A stretch of DNA of 22,113 nt from Armatimonadota bacterium (lineage in GTDB: Bacteria > Armatimonadota > Hebobacteria > CAIYQO01). A model generated the notes under the pieces. That model searched no databases. It was not told the origin of the DNA and was given only the letters and a program-made list of their open reading frames with translations. Position numbers and translations under genes: made by a program. Shown piece after piece: positions 16,313-22,113 of this stretch. The stretch spans positions 1 to 22,113 of the forward strand of contig JBBRXO010000045.1 of the NCBI GenBank assembly GCA_038248345.1, given 5' to 3'. Every line of letters starts with the position of its first letter. The first letter of the stretch is position 1.

Positions 16313-16861
16313 CTAGCGCTTAGGCCAAAACTCTTCCGCCATGCCGGTGGTGCCATTGGCCGCGCCTGCATTAGGGGCGGAATAGCGCGGGGCGGTGAAT
16401 ACACACGTCGTCTCGGCTGCGCTGTTGGCGACATTGTCATTGCGTACGTCCACACCATGGGGAGCCAGGAAGAATATCCCTTCGCTCACCTTTTCTACCC
16501 GCGCATCCAGCGCGAAGACCAAGCCGTAGGTGAACTCGAGGAAACGTGAGGCGTCTGCTTCTGACATTCGGTTCAGATCGAGGGTTACCAGACGGCGATT
16601 CTTCAAGTCATTGCCCACCGTCATGCGGTCATCCAGCGTGCGCGGATGGCGAATTTCCACCCCACCCTCGCGGGTCTCATTCAGCTTCAGCGGCGAACGT
16701 CCGTATTCGTGCGGCTCGTTTCCGCCGCGTTCGCGTTGGCGAGTACGGCTACTACTTACTGGTGTGGCGATGGCGGATCCGGCAGCGGTTTCGCTCCCCG
16801 GAGTCGGCTCATTTCCCTGGAAGAAGTCAGTGAACTTCTTCATCATACCTTGAGCGGGCAT
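16313..16861 (-). CDS. sepF: Cell division protein SepF
   Basis: LVTLDL...RFLEFTYGLVFALDARVEKVSEGIFFLAP core; conserved yggS-sepF-proC context; SD TAAGGAGG. Confidence 0.9.
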   Translation of the reverse strand: MPAQGMMKKFTDFFQGNEPTPGSETAAGSAIATPVSSSRTRQRERGGNEPHEYGRSPLKLNETREGGVEIRHPRTLDDRMTVGNDLKNRRLVTLDLNRMSEADASRFLEFTYGLVFALDARVEKVSEGIFFLAPHGVDVRNDNVANSAAETTCVFTAPRYSAPNAGAANGTTGMAEEFWPKR

Positions 16862-16992
16862 TTTTTATCCTCCTTACGGTGACATTGACAAATAAATTAC
16901 GATAATTAGCTCTCCCGCAGCGCGGATGAGCTGGCTGTAATAGGAAATATTCTATTAGCGTTCGGTGATTCCGTCCTCACGGAGCAAATAAC

Positions 16993-17709
16993 TTACCCAC
17001 GTGCTCCGAAAAGTAGGGTTCCTACCCGTACTATAGTGGCCCCTTCTTCAATTGCAGCGGCGAAATCGTGGCTCATCCCCATGGATAATTCGTCCAACGA
17101 AATCTCCGGCGGGCATTCCCCCCGTAAACGGTCACGTAACTCGCGCATGGCGACGAAATCAGCGCGCGCCACCGCCAAATCCGGGCTGAATTGCCCGATT
17201 GTCATCAATCCATGAATCGATATATTGGTAAATTTCGCCAATGACGGCAAAAATCCTGCAATTAAATCAGGAATAAATCCAGATTTTGTCGTTTCGGCGC
17301 TGATATTTATTTGCAACAGCACCGGCGCCACCCGCCCTTGCTCACTGGCAACCCGGTTAATTCGCTCCGCCAACGCCAGCGAGTCCACCGATTGGATGAG
17401 ATCAAAGAGGCGCAAGGCCAGCCGTACTTTATTTCCCTGGATATGCCCGATAGCATGACGCCGCACAGGGGCGCCCGTCGCCGGATATTCTGGCCAGCCC
17501 AGGGCGGCAAATTTATCCGCCGCTTCCTGTAAATAATTCTCGCCGATATCGGAAATACCCGCCGCCACCGCCGTCAGCAGCACCGCCTCTGGTTGCGTCT
17601 TCGTAACCGCGATGAGCGTGATATCCGACGGCTTGCGTCCGCTCCGTCCCGCCGCCGCCGTTATCTCGGCCCGTACTACTTCCAGGTTATCAATGAGATC
17701 GTTGTGCAT
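16993..17709 (-). CDS. yggS: PLP homeostasis protein YggS/PLPBP
   Basis: LIAVTKT (PLP lysine), GENYLQE, IGHIQGNK, GLMTI, LSMGMSHDF, VRVGT. Confidence 0.97.
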   Translation of the reverse strand: MHNDLIDNLEVVRAEITAAAGRSGRKPSDITLIAVTKTQPEAVLLTAVAAGISDIGENYLQEAADKFAALGWPEYPATGAPVRRHAIGHIQGNKVRLALRLFDLIQSVDSLALAERINRVASEQGRVAPVLLQINISAETTKSGFIPDLIAGFLPSLAKFTNISIHGLMTIGQFSPDLAVARADFVAMRELRDRLRGECPPEISLDELSMGMSHDFAAAIEEGATIVRVGTLLFGARG

Positions 17710-17794
17710 AATAAGGGGAATTATACCATAAGTTGGTAGAAAAACGCCCTGAAAAATAAAATGTGATACAATTCCATGTTGGCTATCTGGTAAC

Positions 17795-17958
17795 CACCAC
17801 GAAGCGGTGACGGAATATAGCCCATGGAGTAAGCCCTGGTATGAGTCGCCTTCGATATTCCCACCCTAAAAGGGTGGTGGAAATATGTTTCCGTCACCGC
17901 TTCGCGGTGAAATGCAAGATTTCGATGTCATTCCCAGGGCTTACGCCCTTCCGTGGTG
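17795..17958. repeat. REP cluster with interleaved inverted repeats
   Basis: 21-bp IR with 1 mismatch (17795-17815 / 17889-17909); GTAAGCCCTGG / CCAGGGCTTAC pair; central CCACCCT-AAA-AGGGTGG hairpin. Confidence 0.75.
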
Positions 17959-17980
17959 AAATATTTGTGGCTTATAGGAA

Positions 17981-19315
17981 CTAGTGACAACCACACCCAC
18001 AGCCGTGATTATGGTCGTTGAACTGCGGAATCCAATCGCCGTGGGCCTTAAAAAGATCATCTACTAATGACCATATCTCATCCAGGCTTAGCTCGGCTGC
18101 TGTATGCGGATCAAGCATGGCGGCGTGGTAGACGCTCTCCTTATTACCCGTGAGGCAGGCGTTAACTACCAGCTCCTGCACGTTGATGTTGGTGCGATTC
18201 ATCGCCGCCAGCACCGGAGGCAGGTAGCCAATCTTTATCGGCTGAATGCCATTTTTGTCGATGAGGCAAGGTACCTCAACGCAGCAGAACGGCGGCAGAT
18301 TGTCAATGATACCATCATTTAGCACACTGCCATTGATGACCGTCGGCTCGTTGCTCTCCATGGCGTGGATGATGCGCGCACCGTATTCAGTGGTGCGCTT
18401 GGGGTTATCAAAACCGATACCCTCAGTGAAATCTTTCGACATTTTTTCCCAACCAGCGATTTGGTCAATACAGCGGCGTGGATATTCATCCAGCGGAATA
18501 TTGTACCTCTCAATAAGATCCGGCTTGGAATTTTTGATATGCCAAGGGCCGTATTCGCTGAAATGCTCACTCGATTCGGTGATGTAATACCCGATGCGCA
18601 AAAACATGTCCAGACGAGTACGATCCCAATCCGGGAAGAACTCGCCGCTGGCTACCTTCTCTTTAATGGCCGGGTAAAGGTCAACACCGTTGTGCTCTAA
18701 CGTCAGATAGAAAGCCATATGATTGATACCCGCACAGGTGAAATTCACCTCTTCCGGATTCACTCCGATGGCTTCGGCCAACGGACGATAGCTGGCCTGC
18801 ACGCTGTGACAGAGGCCCACCGTATTAATATTAGTGCCCGCCTGCATCGCCCAGGTGTTCATCGCCATCGGGTTGACGTAGTTGAGGAAGGTGACATCCG
18901 GGCATACATCTTCCATAATTGCCGCGTAGTCGAGCATCACCGGGATAGTACGCAGCGCGCGGAAGATGCCGCCGATGCCGAGGGTGTCGGCGATAGTCTG
19001 ACGCAGCCCATACTTCTTCGGGATCTCGAAGTCGGTGATAGTACACGGATCATAGCCACCCACTTGGATCATATTGACTGCGTAGTCCGCTCCCTCCAGC
19101 GCCTTCTCCGGATCGGTAGTGGCGATAATCGTCGGGTTGACATTCCAGGCTTTGGCCATGTGGTGCGCCATCGTCTCCGAGGCACGCAGACGTTCCTCAT
19201 TGATATCGAAAAGCACATAGGTGCCATCGGACAACTCCGGGTAGGAGAGGCAATCAGAAAGGATGTTGCGAGCGAACACCGTACTCCCCGCGCCGATAAA
19301 ACTGATTTTAGCCAT
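17981..19315 (-). CDS. melA: GH4 NAD+/Mn2+-dependent alpha-galactosidase (MelA-like)
   Basis: FIGAGSTVF, IPKKYGLRQTIADTLGIGGIFR, NYVNPM, GLCHSV, GINHM, TESSEH; start ATG 19315. Confidence 0.92.
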   Translation of the reverse strand: MAKISFIGAGSTVFARNILSDCLSYPELSDGTYVLFDINEERLRASETMAHHMAKAWNVNPTIIATTDPEKALEGADYAVNMIQVGGYDPCTITDFEIPKKYGLRQTIADTLGIGGIFRALRTIPVMLDYAAIMEDVCPDVTFLNYVNPMAMNTWAMQAGTNINTVGLCHSVQASYRPLAEAIGVNPEEVNFTCAGINHMAFYLTLEHNGVDLYPAIKEKVASGEFFPDWDRTRLDMFLRIGYYITESSEHFSEYGPWHIKNSKPDLIERYNIPLDEYPRRCIDQIAGWEKMSKDFTEGIGFDNPKRTTEYGARIIHAMESNEPTVINGSVLNDGIIDNLPPFCCVEVPCLIDKNGIQPIKIGYLPPVLAAMNRTNINVQELVVNACLTGNKESVYHAAMLDPHTAAELSLDEIWSLVDDLFKAHGDWIPQFNDHNHGCGCGCH

Positions 19316-19511
19316 CGTGATAAACCTCACGTCTCAAAAAAAATTTGATGCCCCCGGCATCTCTCTAATGTATTTACCAGCAAATACTGCGAATACCTTT
19401 TATCTTGCCGAAAAGTTTTCCCGTTGTCCGGTTTTTCTACCAATATTCGGCTGCCTTTTCCGGCGACGGTAGGTATAATAATGGAAACGCTCGTATGAAA
19501 GGAATAAGACT

Positions 19512-19985
19512 ATGCTTGAAATGCCCACAGAAGGTAGCCCGGCTCCGCTATTTACCGGCACTACTGGCGAAGGACAACAGGTATCATTGGCGGATCTCCG
19601 CGGCAAATGGGTGGTACTCTATTTTTACCCCAAGGATGACACCCCCGGCTGCACCGCCGAAGCCTGCAGCCTGCGCGATTTTCACCCGGCGCTGAAGAAT
19701 ATCAACGCGGCAGTGGTGGGGATCAGCCCGGACACCGCGGCATCCCACGATAAGTTCAGCAAAAAGTATGGCTTGCCCTTCACCCTCATCGCTGATCCGG
19801 AAAAGGTGATCTCTACCGAATACGGCGTCTATGGCGAGAAGATACTCTATGGCAAAATATCGCTGGGTATCAAACGCACCACCTTCCTCATCGATCCGGA
19901 AGGTATAGTGCGCAAAGTCTTCGCCAAAGTGAATACCGGCTCCCACGGCGAGGAAGTGTTGGCCGCGCTGAAGGCGCTGGCGTAA
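19512..19985 (+). CDS. bcp: Peroxiredoxin BCP/PrxQ (2-Cys, CxxxxC)
   Basis: YFYPKDDTPGCTAEAC, GISPD, RTTFLID; upstream TATAAT and SD AAAGGA. Confidence 0.97.
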   Translation: MLEMPTEGSPAPLFTGTTGEGQQVSLADLRGKWVVLYFYPKDDTPGCTAEACSLRDFHPALKNINAAVVGISPDTAASHDKFSKKYGLPFTLIADPEKVISTEYGVYGEKILYGKISLGIKRTTFLIDPEGIVRKVFAKVNTGSHGEEVLAALKALA

Positions 19986-20073
19986 GCAATTTTTTAATCT
20001 TCAACACAGAGGGCACAGAGAAGACAAATAGATGGCGTCAAGGAAAATGTTTGCAAGAGAGACAATCGCTAGC

Positions 20074-20221
20074 GTCACCTTCCGTCCTCGCGGACATTTG
20101 TGTACCGAATGACAGCGCGCTTTCCGAAGGCTGTGAGGTTGTCGCACAGAGCGTGCTTGCCGTTGTTAGCCACCTCCTTCAGGGGGTGGTCAAGGATCTT
20201 ATAAGCTAACTGGAAAGGGAC
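20074..20221. other. Structured intergenic element (candidate ncRNA or relic of an IS200/IS605-type end)
   Basis: Terminal pairing 20074-20085 / 20209-20221; hairpin CCACCTCC-TTCA-GGGGGTGG (20170-20189); GNRA hairpin GTCC-GCGA-GGAC on the minus strand. Confidence 0.35.
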
Positions 20222-20240
20222 TAATCTGAAACCCTGGTAA

Positions 20241-20945
20241 CTAGAAACCCAACACCTCATCCTCGATATTCTTCGCCGCATCGGAGGAAATTGTGGTGAA
20301 TGAATCCTCGGCGAAACCGCCCGCGGGGAGGTAATAGCAAAGAATCTGCAGCTCTTGTGTGAGATCGACATTACGCACGATCACACCCTTGGGCACGGAT
20401 ACGCGTGTCGGAGAGAAATTCAGGATGACGCGCACGCCACTGCGCACCATACGATCGGCTACCCCTTGCGCCACCGGTGCCGGGGTGGCAATCATGCCTA
20501 TTTGCACGCCCATCTCCCCGTTCAACTCTTCCATCAGCTCGATGTCAAGGATATCCAGATCCCACACGCGGCGGCCAATCTTGCTGAAGTTATTATCGTA
20601 TATTGCCACCAAGTGAAAGTCCGACTCGGTGAAACCGGTGTATCCGGCAAGCGCCGAACCGAGGTTGCCCGCGCCGACAATCATGATATCCTGCGGACGA
20701 TCCAGCCGCATGATTTGCGCCAGGCGCTGCGACAACTCATCCACCGAATACCCCAGCCCCGGCTTGCCAAATTCACCAAAAAAAGATAAATCTTTGCGTA
20801 CCTGCCCCGAACTGATCCCCGTGCGCTTTTCGATATCCGCCGATGAGAGCGTAGTATCGCCATCTTTCATCGCACTACGCAGACAACGCAAATATAAGGC
20901 GATGCGTGCTATAGTCGGTTCCGGTGCTGATCTATTATTATTCAA
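20241..20945 (-). CDS. rex: Redox-sensing transcriptional repressor Rex
   Basis: PTIARIALYLR, QVRKDLSFFGEFGKPGLGY, GAGNLG, ILNFSP; probable TTG start at 20945 (AAGGAG 6 nt upstream), ATG 20960 is the alternative. Confidence 0.97.
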   Translation of the reverse strand: MNNNRSAPEPTIARIALYLRCLRSAMKDGDTTLSSADIEKRTGISSGQVRKDLSFFGEFGKPGLGYSVDELSQRLAQIMRLDRPQDIMIVGAGNLGSALAGYTGFTESDFHLVAIYDNNFSKIGRRVWDLDILDIELMEELNGEMGVQIGMIATPAPVAQGVADRMVRSGVRVILNFSPTRVSVPKGVIVRNVDLTQELQILCYYLPAGGFAEDSFTTISSDAAKNIEDEVLGF

Positions 20946-21030
20946 AGCGGACTCCTTCATCTTCGGATGCGATCAAACGCGGTCCGCGCGAAAAGCGCTA
21001 TTCCTCTGCCGCACGAGTGCTGGCTAGAGA

Positions 21031-21068
21031 TTGTGAAATATTGTACAAACAAAAGCCGAATTTGTCAA
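21031..21068 (-). promoter_or_regulatory. rex promoter with overlapping Rex operator
   Basis: TTGACA (21063-21068)-17-TACAAT (21040-21045); TTGTGAA-ATAT-TGTACAA (21031-21048) versus Rex consensus TTGTGAA-N4-TTCACAA. Confidence 0.85.
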
Positions 21069-21093
21069 TCAGAGTGAGCGATGTGGTGAGTGT

Positions 21094-21317
21094 TAGGAAA
21101 TAGGAAATAGGAAATGTTTTCAGACCCTCTTTTTGCGGGGACTGAAGTTCCGTATGCATGGCATTAAAATGCCAATCGTCCGCCTACGCGTAATCTCTTC
21201 GGGCGGAAAAGTCCGCGTAGGCGGACGAACGGCATAGAGGTGCCCAGCAGCCGGGATTCCAATCCCAGCGAGAAATAAGTTTTCCAATCATCCCCATCAC
21301 CTATTTCCTACCCTCAG
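21094..21317. repeat. REPIN-like element flanked by inverted TAGGAAA heptamer repeats
   Basis: 3x TAGGAAA (21094-21114) and inverse CCTATTTCCTA (21300-21310); perfect 15-bp IR TCGTCCGCCTACGCG (21176-21190)/(21214-21228); outer degenerate hairpins. Confidence 0.75.
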
Positions 21318-21370
21318 TAGGTATTTCCACTCCGCACGTCGAACAATCCTGTAACGTGAGGAGGAAACCA

Positions 21371-22113
21371 ATGACTACATTTGCTGAAGATCGCTATGAC
21401 AAGATGAATTACCGGCGTTGTGGGCACAGTGGACTGATGTTACCGGCGATTTCGCTGGGAGCGTGGGAGACATTCGGTGGCTATCGCGGCGAGGAGATCG
21501 CGCGGGAGTGCCTCTACCGCGCTTTCGACCTGGGTATCACCCACTTCGACTTCGCCAATAACTACGGGGTGCCGGCGGGCAATGCCGAGTTGGTATGCGG
21601 GCGCGTGCTCAAGGATATGCCGCGCGATGAGATGATCATCAGCAGCAAGGCGGGCTATCATATGTGGCCCGGCCCCTATGGCGATCACGGCTCGCGCAAA
21701 TATCTCATCGCCAGTTGTGATCAATCACTGCAGCGCATGGGGGTAGAGTACTTCGACATTTTCTACCACCACCGCCCGGACAACGATACCCCGCTGGAGG
21801 AGACGCTGGGCGCGCTGAACACGCTGGTGCAGCAGGGCAAGGTGCTCTATGCCGGTGTGAGCAGCTACTCTGGCGCGCAGTTCGCCGCGGCCACGCGCGT
21901 TTGTGAGCGCGAAGGGCTGACGCGCATCACCATCCACCAGCCTTATTATAATATGCTGCGTCGCACTATCGAGACCGATCTACTACCGCAGACCGAAACC
22001 TATGGCGCGGGCGTTATCTGCTTCTCGCCGCTGGCGCAGGGGATGCTCAGCGATAAATACCTGGATGGCAAAATCCCCGCCGAGAGCCGCGCCGCACAGA
22101 TGCGCGGGGCCGA
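21371..22113 (+). CDS. yghZ: Aldo-keto reductase, YghZ/Gpr (L-glyceraldehyde 3-phosphate reductase)-like; 3'-truncated and absent from the ORF track
   Basis: Manual translation: MTTFAEDRYDKMNYRRCGHSGLMLPAISLG...AFDLGITHFDFANNYG...ISSKAGYHMWPGPYGDHGSRKYL...DIFYHHRPD; SD GAGGAGG. Confidence 0.92.
   Translation, partial: MTTFAEDRYDKMNYRRCGHSGLMLPAISLGAWETFGGYRGEEIARECLYRAFDLGITHFDFANNYGVPAGNAELVCGRVLKDMPRDEMIISSKAGYHMWPGPYGDHGSRKYLIASCDQSLQRMGVEYFDIFYHHRPDNDTPLEETLGALNTLVQQGKVLYAGVSSYSGAQFAAATRVCEREGLTRITIHQPYYNMLRRTIETDLLPQTETYGAGVICFSPLAQGMLSDKYLDGKIPAESRAAQMRGA

Noticed and set aside
20074..20221. SAM-I, glycine or c-di-GMP riboswitch, or SRP RNA
   Set aside because: Only fragmentary matches; conserved cores are missing and there is no downstream gene to regulate
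20075..20371. 98-aa minus-strand ORF overlapping the rex 3' end
   Set aside because: Out-of-frame overlap with rex, no SD at its start, no protein-like features
21440..21937. Two minus-strand ORFs in the track
   Set aside because: Antisense shadows of the + strand aldo-keto reductase

Overview
GC-rich bacterial chromosomal segment made mostly of housekeeping and metabolic genes. The gene set and the Gram-positive-style promoters and operators suggest a Terrabacteria lineage such as Armatimonadota (inference only). Gene order: partial ABC exporter ATPase (+), AT-rich ORFan (+), orphan AbrB/MazE-type antitoxin (-), SpoIIM-family membrane protein (-), gnd (-), dnaB (-), rplI (-), lipoprotein (-), HIT protein (+), small Cys-rich protein (-), PQQ-repeat beta-propeller lipoprotein (-), UPF0182 (-), NPCBM-Ig-GH27 protein (+), proC-sepF-yggS (-), GH4 alpha-galactosidase (-), bcp (+), rex (-), partial YghZ-like aldo-keto reductase (+). 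Most larger intergenic gaps hold REP/REPIN-like nested palindromes from several unrelated families. No rRNA, tRNA, CRISPR array or transposase was seen. Best leads: (1) an unannotated ~120-nt transcription unit at 15241-15409 (-) with promoter, operator-like palindrome, perfect DnaA box, very strong SD, 12-codon ORF, second hairpin-sequestered SD and terminator; (2) a secreted GH27 that lacks its catalytic acid/base and most -1 subsite residues; (3) a toxin-less antitoxin with two tandem Doc-antidote-like helices; (4) LexA-like boxes before a Cys-rich ORFan; (5) a candidate structured RNA between bcp and rex.
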